From: Vitrella brassicaformis CCMP3155
Lineage: Eukaryota; Protista; Chromerida
Direction: 5' to 3'
Assembly (NCBI GenBank): GCA_001179505.1
Contig: CDMY01000738.1
Span: 220,790-284,789 of the forward strand
Length of the DNA: 64,000 nt
The first letter of the stretch is position 1; the number at the start of each line of letters is the position of its first letter. The position numbers and the translations under genes are program-made. Positions 13,156-23,809 of this stretch are shown one piece after another. Under the pieces are notes generated by a model. It was not told the DNA's origin and did no database searches. It was given only the letters and a program-made list of their open reading frames with translations.

Positions 13156-13392
13156 TGGATGATGAATGAATGAATGAATGAGGCCGCCACGCTGCGAGCT
13201 GAGTGCACGACGAATCTCATCTCTGGCTGCTAGTCGTCAACATTCAACTCAACCACTCAACTCAGGCAGGCACCCTAACTACAGTCCGCGAGACAGGCAC
13301 ACCACACACATCCCCATCCCAACGTCACGAGGTGCTACAACCACCACACTTCTCGGCGATCGACATGGGCGGCATAACCAGGCAAGTGTCGC

Positions 13393-14766
13393 TCATGGCA
13401 GTAGGCCGACCGCCTCATTTTCCAGTCCAAGTGACCTCAAGAGCTGCCGCACGGCGGCCACCGTAACAGGGAACCGCTCACCGACCGTCGCCCCATCCGC
13501 CACCACCGCCTCGCTCGTCCTGACCACGATTTGCCCTTCATAGAGAGACACTGACGCCACGACAGAGCCGCCACCCAGTAGCAGCCCCACAATTCGCATT
13601 GGTACGTGAAGACCTGGTGGTTCCCTCCACAATTCCACTTGCAAATCGATGACGAACATGTCAGATTTGCCGCTGAGGTCATTCTGCAGCAGGGCACGAT
13701 AGCCAGCATGACGCAACCCCACTGTCACATCGAGGACGACATTACCGCGGCCCCGATAACCGAGCCGCTGCAGCAAAGTGTCGAGGGCAAACTCGCTGAA
13801 GGAGCGGTAGATATGGTGGTTCGACGAGAAGTCACAGCTGACGGGTGGGTCAGTGTCTCGACAGGTGCGACGAATGAATGGATTCAAGTGCCACAGCTCG
13901 TCTCGCCCGATGACGCGGAACCGCCTCTCTCCGAGACGATACCACTGCACCGCCCGCCTCCTGTGGTGGAGCACCCATGCCATTTGCAATCCAAATGCGA
14001 CGGCAAAAAGAAGAATGAGCCCGCCAGCCAAGATGCTAAGCACCAAGGCAGCGAGCCAGCACAATATGGTCCGGTCCGAGAGCCGGCCACTGCGGACGGC
14101 ATGGTAGCAATCCAACGTGCTTGACAAGAGAAGCCAAGCGCACCCCACCAGATAGAAAAAGTAAACGGCTGCAGTCAGGAGTTGCACCAGCGGACGGGTC
14201 GGCAAGGCCGCGACAAAGGTCCCCGCTCTGCCGGCCTCGGTGAGGTGAGCGCCGCCGTCCTCGGTGAGGTGAGCGTCGCCGCCGTAGACATGGCCAAATA
14301 TCTTGTTAACGGCCATAGCAGCGGGCAGCCGATGGAAGCTGGCCTTGTCGGGAAGGTGAGCCGCCACTCTCTCAGCCGAGAGTACGAGGGGCAGTGGGCG
14401 ACCCACACCACAGGCACTCGCCACCCTGATAAATGCGGCCATCATCCGCCACTCAGCCGCCCGCTCGATGACGTACGCACAGCGAGCGAGATACCCGAAT
14501 CGCGAGAGGGATGGTGGGAGTGGAGGGGCTGCGGCATCGACGCCGCGGTCCCTCTCCACATCAATGAGGCCAGTGGGCTGCTGCTGGGCGAGGGAGCTGC
14601 TGATGCGATGAAGTAGAAACTCCTCATGGATCAGTTGAGTGCCGTAAGCCTTGCCGACCACCTGGAGCCGCACGGCATCGTCAACGGGCAGAAGGGGGAT
14701 GACCACACGGGCAAAGACGTCAGCAGGGAGCCCTTGATCACCGTCAGCAATGCCAGCGACCGGCAA
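13393..14766 (-). CDS. Lineage-specific F-box-like family protein, one long exon with a three-helix hydrophobic insert; true start not resolved
   Basis: 457-codon open frame. It begins with F-box-like LPADVFARVVIPLLPVDDAVRLQVVGK and contains LPLVLSAERVAAHLPDKASFHRLPAAMA and ERFPVTVAAVRQLL, which I recall from an expanded Vitrella family (recall, not a search). There is no in-frame ATG at the 5' end, so a short upstream exon is likely. Confidence 0.65.
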   Translation of the reverse strand: MPVAGIADGDQGLPADVFARVVIPLLPVDDAVRLQVVGKAYGTQLIHEEFLLHRISSSLAQQQPTGLIDVERDRGVDAAAPPLPPSLSRFGYLARCAYVIERAAEWRMMAAFIRVASACGVGRPLPLVLSAERVAAHLPDKASFHRLPAAMAVNKIFGHVYGGDAHLTEDGGAHLTEAGRAGTFVAALPTRPLVQLLTAAVYFFYLVGCAWLLLSSTLDCYHAVRSGRLSDRTILCWLAALVLSILAGGLILLFAVAFGLQMAWVLHHRRRAVQWYRLGERRFRVIGRDELWHLNPFIRRTCRDTDPPVSCDFSSNHHIYRSFSEFALDTLLQRLGYRGRGNVVLDVTVGLRHAGYRALLQNDLSGKSDMFVIDLQVELWREPPGLHVPMRIVGLLLGGGSVVASVSLYEGQIVVRTSEAVVADGATVGERFPVTVAAVRQLLRSLGLENEAVGLLP

Positions 14767-14955
14767 GGCTGAACCTGGTAATCATCATCATGATCACAGG
14801 AGGCTGACAGCATGCAGCTGACGGCCTGAGAGTGCGTTGTTGTCATGCCATTTTTCGGGCACCGTTGCAGCTGCAGCTTCATCGTCATGGTTTTTTCGGG
14901 AATCCTTTCTCCGTCAAACCTTTTCTCCGCTAGATGAAGCTCGCCCTTTGGCTCC

Positions 14956-16221
14956 ATGGATGGCCTCCCCCCAACATCGTCCACTACGCTGCAACGGTGC
15001 ATCCTCGCCTGCGAGCGCGAGCGGCACGGTCGTTTGGTGCGCCACGTCCTCCGACGACGGCCAGATCTGCGTCCGGCCAGATCTTCTCCAACAACGCAGC
15101 GGAGGGAGGAGCTTGTTTCGTTTGACGTCCAAGTCTTTGGCAAAGAACGCTCGAAACACCTGACTTGGACGTCCTCTCGTTGCCGCCAAGCCTCTCGTTT
15201 CCCTCCTGATGCTCCCCTCCGTGAGGTCATCATCAGGTGCGACCGAGCGAGCCTATGGTCCATCGTGCAGCTCTTCCTCACAATCACCGACCATGGAAGC
15301 CTGGGCGAGGCTCTGAGGGACAGGCTGCAAGTGTTTGAGGACAACCGGGGAGCCTCACTGCCCATGCCGCAAATCGGTACGCGTGTTGACTTGCCCACCC
15401 TACACACATGCCTACGCCATTTGCCGCCCAATGCAGTGCGATTGGCGCCCAGCAGGAGTGGCGGCAGGATGTCCGGCGCACTCCAAGAGCTCAGCGAAGT
15501 AAGTGGGTGCCCGACACACACAAAACGCACAAATGCCTGATGTGTGTGCATTGCGTGCGTAGGTACATGAAGAAGATGGGTATGCAGCTCAAGGAGAATC
15601 TGAAGGAGCTGCAGGAGGCCATAAGTGCTGGACTGAAGGAGGACCTTAAAGAGGTCTGCTGGGAGGGAGGCACGGCGTGATGCACAAATAAACGCGGCAC
15701 AGCTCCTCCGGTGTGTGTGTGTGTGTCTTGGTGCACTGCAGGTGAGCCAGGGCATGAAGCGGATCAACGAGGCCATCAGAAAGCGATTGAAGAGGAAGCA
15801 CGAGAACGGCAGAGATACCAACGACAACCACCAGAAGGTTCCCCCACAGCCATCTCGGTACACACCATTCATCTGGACACAGCATGCTGAACAGCATAGA
15901 TGGTGTGTGTGTGTATGCGTGTGTGTATGCGTGTGTGTTGCATCTCTCTTATGTGTCCGACAGCAGCGACTCGCCTCCTACCAGCAACACCCGCCGAAGA
16001 TTTGCTGCCGCCTGCCAGACGATACAACAACAACAACAACAACAACAACAGCAGCAGCAGCACTACAGGCTGCCGTCAGTGAGCACCAGCGGAACACAGT
16101 GTGACCAAGAGCATCAAAGGGGCAAGAATGGCCCTGAGCCTACCACTCCTTCCGTGCCTGCCAGCACACGAGCACAGCACCGAGGTACGGATGTCTCCGC
16201 ACATGTCGTGTGTGTGTACGG

Positions 16222-16253
<32 letters not shown>

Positions 16254-17808
16254 TGTCCAAGGTTCTGTGTCCTCAGCGATGGCGGCATTTGATGAGCTGG
16301 ATGCCGTGTTTGACATCTTGGATGACGAGGTGGTCACCTTCCTCCTTGGCGAAGGCGGCCCTAATGGCTCGCTCTACGCTCTCTTCGAGTTTATACTCAC
16401 TAGTCCTCTGTACGAGGTGAGGCGTCTGGATCCATCCCACTTCGACTGTTCGTCGGTTAGCTCCTCGCTGTGTGTGTGACAGGCATCTGTTGCTGTATGG
16501 TGTGGGCGTGACAAGATCATGCTGCGGAGGCTCGGGGAGCTGTTTGGCTCCGCAGCGCTTCACACTGGCATCATTGAAGCTGGCTTGACCGCCACGCGAA
16601 TATTGTCCTGCCTCCGCCGTTGGATGCAGAGCTATGTCGATTATGCTGTCGCCCTGGGGTACCTGAGGAGCCCTATCGACACACAAGTAAGGATCGCGAG
16701 TAGATGTCTGTATCGCGAGTGCATGTGTACCCATGCTTTTCAGATACGCACCAATGTGCTTGATGCGCTGCGATTTCTATGGGGCGATGGCGAAGCACAA
16801 TTCAGGTGTGCGGTCCGCGAGTTCGTTCAGGGTTTCGTCAGCAACCTACCGGATTGGTTCTTCGTCAAGGCGGACGGAAGTGCTGCCCAGCAGCACTTCA
16901 TGCGGTGTGTGCCATCATTGCCCCAGGGATTGCAGCAAGTATGAGTTCACGCACCAGGAATCATGTGAGACCCCCTCCTGCCGTACCCACCCCTGCTGTA
17001 CTTCATGCAGATTCTGGTCCAGAAGGCTTTCGCCGTCTTCATTGAGATAACCCGGGACAAGAGGCCTCTTATGCACACTTTTCCCTTCTCATTGAAGACC
17101 AGCTCGCCTCATCAACGAGGAAGGCCCGAGAGACGCAGGCAAAGCTTGAGGATCAGAATCATCATATTGAGGACCTCTGCAGTGCGATTGCCAGTCGGGA
17201 CCACAAGATCAAGCATCTCGCCTCATCAACGAGGAAGGCCCGAGAGACGCAGGCAAAGCTTGAGGGTCGGATAGAGGACCTCTGCGGTGCGATTGCCAGT
17301 CGGGACCACAAGATCAAGCATCTGGAGGAGAGCGTCAGCTACCACCGCCGGCTGCGAGTCAGAGGGCTGAAGTGCAAAGCAGTGGGATGCGCGGACGACC
17401 ATGCGCGGCACTTCTGCTGGAAATGCCATGACGAGGACTCCGACCACCGAGCAAGCAAGTGCCCCTACAGCGTCATTGTCTATCACCAGACAAGCCGAGA
17501 GTCGGCCGAGTCGATCAAGAACGATGGGATCGACATCAGCAAGTCTAGGCCGGGCTGGGCTGGGAAGGGGTTCTATGCGGCGAAATGCATTGAGGACACG
17601 GATGGCAAGGCGCAAGGGGGGAGAGGCTGGATAGTCAAGCTGGCTTTCCACCTTGGGCGCCCATTGGAAAAATGTCGATCACTCTCTGACACGGGAAAAG
17701 CAACGGAAATTGGGGTACAGCTCAGTGATTATTACACACACCAACACGATAGAGTATGTGGTATATGATCCGCGACGTGCGGAAGTGCTCGACGACTTTC
17801 CTCGATAG
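14956..17808 (+). CDS. Multi-exon gene ending in coiled coil + Cys/His zinc-finger-like module + PARP-like ADP-ribosyltransferase domain; at least two frame breaks (possible pseudogene or sequence errors)
   Basis: ART motifs YHQT (17481), GWAGKGFYAA, and, in the +1 frame, LGYSSV...IEYVVYDP ending at TAG 17806-17808. Upstream is CKAVGCADDHARHFCWKCHDEDSDHRASKC. The exon chain from about 15560 to 17040 joins in phase. Frame discontinuities occur at about 17046-17100 and 17635-17700, and the first junction near 15498 is unresolved. Confidence 0.7.
17103..17323 (+). repeat. In-frame tandem duplication, period 114 nt, encoding a coiled-coil repeat
   Basis: ctcgcctcatcaacgaggaaggcccgagagacgcaggcaaagcttgag starts at 17103 and again at 17217. 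gaggacctctgc(a/g)gtgcgattgccagtcgggaccacaagatcaagcatct also occurs twice. The second unit has a 9-nt deletion. Confidence 0.95.
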
Positions 17809-18835
17809 AGTGCATGTCGTACTGGGTCACATGTGGCTGTTCTTTGTGGCGTGCTGACTGGCTGGCTGTATGGCATATTACATAGTGGATGTGTGGTTTT
17901 GTGTGAGGTTTGTGTGCGACTGTGCCTATCTGCTGTGTCACACGTGTTCGTCTGGGTAAAATGCTGTGTTCGCTTTTTGAGTCTTCAGCAGTTTTTTACA
18001 TGTTCTTGTTGGATTAGTGTAATGGACGATGTGCAATGGACGATTCTGCCTTTATTTCCGTGTGCCGTATGAGGGCGTGCGTATCTGTGAATGGACGTTC
18101 ATATCGTGCTGCGATTGACAATGAATGAATCACTAGTATGAAACGATGGAAAGCTCCCCTCGGCCAATACCGTTTACGAAAGCAGGATGTCCCGTCCGGC
18201 TCTTGCCTACTCTCTCCATGAAGAGGCAAGAGAGAGAGAGAGACAATGGCGTGCTTCACAAACACGAAAATGAGAGTGGGTAGACATGTGCAGACAGACA
18301 GATGGAACAGAGAGTGCGCGCCTCATCATTCGTTGATAAAGCTGGGTGGGCGTCCCTTGTGTGTGTCTCTTTCATGAATTTTCCTCTGAATGCGTGCGTC
18401 CTCCATCCATCCATCCATTGACGAACGGAAGCACGAACCAACGGACGGACAGTGTGATAGATAACCCTTTCAATGACATTCAGTCATATCATCGTAATGG
18501 AACCTAGTGGCCCTTCAATTGACAAAAAGCCGACCGAGACAGTGGCGTGTTTCACAAACAGGAGGACAAGGCGTCCCATGTACCCGACGATGAAAAGGCG
18601 ATGCAACGCCTTTCTGCCCTCCCTCCCTGGCTGGCTGAGTGGCTGGCGTCCTTCCCGACACGAACACACAACCAAGACCATCTAACCGCACTCACGCACG
18701 CAACTGACCAAAGCGACTACGCCGATTGACAAAGAACCACTGGCCAGACAGACACCCAGCGAGCCTCAAGGCCACGGCCTCTTTTCAGCCGAGCTGTTGA
18801 GGCCGAACTGGGAGGGTCCGGCCATCCAAGCCTGT

Positions 18836-19610
18836 TCATTCGGTCAGGCAATCGTCAAGTGAGCCGAAGCAGCACTTCTTCTCTCCCGCCGGCACGAAGC
18901 CAGTCACGGCTCCACAGCACGCCTCGAGGCGTTGGCTGTCGTCGGGCTTCTTGCCACACTCGCACTCACGGTTGCACTCCTTCATGCACTTCTTGAAGCA
19001 CGCCTTCTCCAGGAAGAAAAACGGTGCTGACAGCAGACAGAAACCGCCGGCGCACGTCGGCGGAACCTCACAGACCTCGTCACACAGCTTAGTGCGGATG
19101 GCCTGAAGAAATCCAGACAGACAGACAGACCCAATGGATGTATTATCATCAGGGGGGGTCGGTCGGTCAGGCAAAAGACTCACGCTGACGATGCCGGTGT
19201 GGATGTGATCCGGACACTCGCAGTCTCCCGAAGTGTCCTCACACGGCGGGTTATCGTAGCACCTATCACACACAGGAGAGTGTTTGTGCGTGCGTGTGGA
19301 GGTTACTTACTGAGGGTGGCTCCTGTCGATGCAGTCCGTGTCGACGTCACAATGGTCACAGCTGTCCCAGGGAGCACACGTCTGTCGGTCCGTCCTGCAT
19401 GTGCCGAAGCACGCGAACTCGCCAGGCTTGCAGCAGTGGCAGCATGTCACAGGAGGCTTGTCATCGCACCCGGCTTGGCTTGCAGCCTACACACACACAC
19501 ACACACACACAGCAGACGACAAACAGCTTAACCATGCCTCCATCACTGGGTTCCTCTCAGCTCACCACCAAGAATGCAGCAGCGAAGAGAAGAGCAAGAG
19601 TGAACTTCAT
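18836..19610 (-). CDS. Small secreted cysteine-rich protein (4 exons, about 190 aa, about 29 Cys by hand count)
   Basis: Signal peptide MKFTLALLFAAAFLV|AASQAG. The phase-compatible exons continue CDDKPPVTCCHCCKPGEFACFGTC...DCIDRSHPQ|CYDNPPCEDTSGDCECPD...|AIRTKLCDEVCEVPPTC...KKCCFGSLDDCLTE*. Confidence 0.8.
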
Positions 19611-19856
19611 GGTGCTGCTGAGTCTGAATGCGGGCTCGTGAAGGCACTCTTTGTGACGCTTTCGTCGCGCTTGCCAAGCAGATCTCGATGCGGCGGTTGG
19701 CTTGGATGAACCCGAGATGCAATGACCTGAAGGATCCGAAGCAGCGAGACCGGGACAGAACGCCTCTCTCTAACGGATGCCGTTGCCGCCCTTCGTTGCC
19801 GGATCATGATTCTCTCTCCGCTGCGCGGATCGCCTCCCGGCTCGCGCCCAGAGGAC

Positions 19857-22800
19857 ATGACGCTTCCTGACTCATTCCAGGTGTCTGCCTCGGTTGCTGA
19901 GGCGCTTGCCCGCAAAGATGCAGTTGTCGCGCTGGAGTCGACCATCATCAGCCATGGCATGCCCTACCCAGACAACGTGACGACTGCACGGCAGGTGGAG
20001 GACGTCATTCGGCAGCACGGTGGGCGCTGATAGCTGAGAAAGGAGAGATCTTTGGTCTGCATTCATAAGCAGGGGCTTGTTTCAGGTGCCGTGCCTGCAA
20101 CCATCGGCATCATGAATGGCAAGATCTGCGTCGGTGAGCTAACCGAAAATGCTCGGCAAGCAAATCGACTGCAAGCGCTTGCAGCCGAATGGGCTGTGTG
20201 ATCTCGGTCTTGCCTGACAGGGATGAGTGCCGATGAGTTGGAGTCGTTCGGGCGACTCGGCCGCGAGTGCGTCAAGGTCTCACGGAGGGACATCGCCCAG
20301 GTCATCGCATCAGGTCGTCCTGGGGCGACCACAGTGGCGGCCACCATGTGGATCGCAGCCCAGTGCGGCATCCGCGTGTTCGTCACGGGAGGCATCGGTG
20401 TGCATTGCAACACACACGCTGCCAACAGGATTGCATTGCTTCCCACGTGTGTGTGCTGCTGTGATGCTTCTCAGGTGGGGTGCATCGAGGCGCGGAGGAG
20501 GTGCGAACAGAAAGAAGCACAGCATCACTGCCGAATACACCACTGACGGGTGTGTATGTGGCGGCGGTGGTCTGCAGACATGGGATGTATCGGCCGACCT
20601 GACAGAGCTGGGCCGCACGCCAGTCTGCGTCGTGTGCGCCGGGGCAAAGTCCATCCTAGACCTACCCAAGACGGTAGGCATGGCATGCAACACACGAAGA
20701 GGCCAGGCATGCCGATGCCGCCGTCTCTCTGCCACTCTGTGCCTGGATCTATCTGTGTGGGTCCGTTTGCCATCCATCCATTTTGTCAGTTGGAGTATCT
20801 CGAGACCCAGGTTCGCACATCACATGGCCGGCCGCAGCCACGCCACCGCAGCCGGTGATGGGTTCGTGTCGTGTGTGTAGGGCGTGTGTGTGGTGGGCTA
20901 CGGCACAAATGACTTCCCGGCATTCTTCTCGCCGAGGTCCGGCCTACCCGTGCCTCACAGATGCGGTGCGCAACAATCACAATCCACCGAGGAGGACACA
21001 GGCATTTACACGCACTCTTGTTCACTGCCCTTCCTGCAGACACAGCTGCAGAGGTTGCCCGGCTCCTCAAAGCTCACTTTGATCTGCAGCTGTCAAGTAT
21101 GTGGATGGCTCTCAGACACCAGGGCGATGTATGCCTCCCTGTGGTGTGTGTGGTGGTGCCAGGTGGGATCGTGGTCGGTGTGCCCATCCCTGAGAGCGAG
21201 GCAGCGCAGTTTGCCGATGTCGAGAAGGCCACACAACAGGCTGTGGAAGAGGCCAGGTGATCACAACCAAGCAAGCATTGGGACCATGGCTGAACGGTCG
21301 CCCTTCTCTGTGTGTGTGTGTGTGTGTGGCTTGCAGGAGTCAGTCCATTGTGGGCCGAGACGTCACGCCCTTCCTGCTGAGCAGGATCAACCAGCTCACA
21401 GGTACCTGCAGAGATACGGACCCAAAGCAACCATTAAGTCAGCCCCAGGCTTGCATGTGTGTGGGTGTGTGCAGGTGGAGCCTCCCTGGCGGCCAACATC
21501 GCCCTCATCAAGCACAACGCAGCTGTCGGTGCCCAGATCGCCACCCAACACGCACAAATGCGGCGGCAGGTGAGGAGCACCGATGCAGGCACTAACTGCG
21601 CACACAAGCGCATCTGTGTTGTTGGCGGCTTGGCAATGGACTTCATTGCACGGTGAGTGAGCTGAATGAGCCGGCCAGCATGACGATGGGATGTATGTTC
21701 GTGTCTCTTTAGGCCAGCGGACGTGAGGAGTCGCGGCGCGTCCCGCACGTCGATGCCCGGCACCCTTACGACTCATCCAGGAGGGGTCGCCAACACCATC
21801 GCCACGGCACTCCAGGCCGTGCAGTCGCGAATGCCGGCCCAGGTATGCAACACATGCATCACAAAGGCCATGGATGGATGTGCCACATGTGGCGGACTCT
21901 TCGTGCAGGAGTTTGAGGTGTCGCTGGTGTCGGCAGTGGGCAGCGACCTCATCGGCTCGTCCCTGCGGCAATCGGTGGGCGATGCGGGGTGCCTCGTGCG
22001 CATTGACGGCACGCGAAGTGCCACCTACACGGCTCTGCTTGACGGTGGTGGCGAGCTGGTGGGCGCTGTGGCCGACATGGCCATAGTCGAGAGGATGGCG
22101 CCTCACATGGTGGGTGTGGGATGAGGGGGTGCAGTGCAGGGATGTGTTTGTGTTTGTGTATATGTGTGTGTGTGGTGGTTCGGTTCAGCTGCCATGGGAT
22201 CTCATTCTTTCGAGCACGCTAGTCATCTGTGACGGGAACCTGGCTCAAGGCACGATCACATCCATCTGCCAGCGATGCGCCGAGGCGTCACCACCCATAC
22301 CAGGTACCAATCAACTCAACATACACACACATGATCCAGACCAGACCAGGCTCATGATCTGTCTGTTCATCCTTGACTGACGCACATGGAATGCAGTGTG
22401 GTTCGAGCCGGTGAGCATCCCCAAGTGCGTCCGAGGCCTCCCCTGCTTACCCCATTTCCACCTCATCAAACCCAACCATGACGAGCTGGCGGCCATCGTC
22501 ACTAACATGGGGCAGCGGCAGCCGCAGCAGGGAACCGAGACCGACATGGCGGAAAGGATGCTGCGAAGAACAGAGGTAGGGGGAAGAAACTAAGAGGAGG
22601 GAGTTATGGTCAATCCTGTGTTTCTGTATTTCTGTGTTTCCGTGTGTGTGTCAGGCTGCCGGTTCGCGTCCCGAGCGTCACGTGCTCGTCTCGTGTGGCG
22701 CCAGAGGTGCCGTCCTTGCAACGTCGACCGCACGCACGCCACTACGGCCCGGCTCTTGTCGGCAGAGAGGTCTGACATGGCGCGCCGACCTGCCAGATGC

Positions 22801-23659
22801 GGCAGGCAGCGGAATGAGGGACGGTCTGGGCGTGAGGATACAGAGCTGGGGTAAGTAGGCCGACCGACCGGCCCACGTGATCGGAAAAATGATATTTTGA
22901 TGCTCTGTGTGTGTGCGTGTGTGTGTTGGGGGGGGGGGGGGGGGGNNNNNNNNNNNNNNNNNNNNNNNNNNNNNNNNNNNNNNNNNNNNNNNNNNNNNNN
23001 NNNNNNNNNNNNNNNNNNNNNNNNNNNNNNNNNNNNNNNNNNNNNNNNNNNNNNNNNNNNNNNNNNNNNNNNNNNNNNNNNNNNNNNNNNNNNNNNNNNN
23101 NNNNNNNNNNNNNNNNNNNNNNNNNNNNNNNNNNNNNNNNNNNNNNNNNNNNNNNNNNNNNNNNNNNNNNNNNNNNNNNNNNNNNNNNNNNNNNNNNNNN
23201 NNNNNNNNNNNNNNNNNNNNNNNNNNNNNNNNNNNNNNNNNNNNNGGGGGGGCAGGGTCCTCTGATGGCCGTGTGGTGTTTTGGTCTTACGGTGTCGACG
23301 CCATTGACAATGGCGTCGTCAATGTCACTGGAGCAGGTCAGGCAAAGAGGCATCTTAGTGGGCTTGGCTCGGTGCTGCCCCCCCAGGGCCCATCTGTCTG
23401 TCTGAGACCCTCTCTGTGTTCAGGTGACTCCCTCCTTGCCCTCACCGCATATGGCCACTTCATCCAGGGCCTACCGGTCCAGCTGGCCGCCATTTTAGGT
23501 CTGGTGGCGGCCCACCTGTCGCTCTTCAGCGAGTCCCCCATCTCGCCGTTGGTCACACCCGAGCTGATGAGTCGGCTGGCTGACGCTGTCAGGGGGGATG
23601 AGGGGCTCAGCGGTTTGATGTGTGTGGGTGCATCAACACATGTGAATGCGAAACTGTGA
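19857..23659 (+). CDS. Bifunctional pseudouridine-5'-phosphate glycosidase (PsuG/IndA) + PfkB-family pseudouridine kinase, multi-exon, spans an N gap
   Basis: PsuG motifs [39 protein letters not shown]|[29 protein letters not shown]|[16 protein letters not shown] and NIALIKHNA. PfkB part [21 protein letters not shown] and NVTGAG|DS. An upstream in-frame ATG at 19806 is possible. Confidence 0.93.
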
Positions 23660-23809
23660 CGGACTCTGAAGTACTTATGTGGGGATGTAAGCTAACCGCC
23701 TGCAGAATGGAACGAGCATCCAATCATGTCGCTTTCGGCCAGGTCGCAATGACGGGCCATTCTCTCGCCGTCTCACTTTGAGGCCCCCAGAGACTCAGTC
23801 TCGAAAGCG

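Noticed and set aside
19857-23659. PsuG-kinase fusion as a novelty
   Set aside because: This fusion is already known in many eukaryotes.
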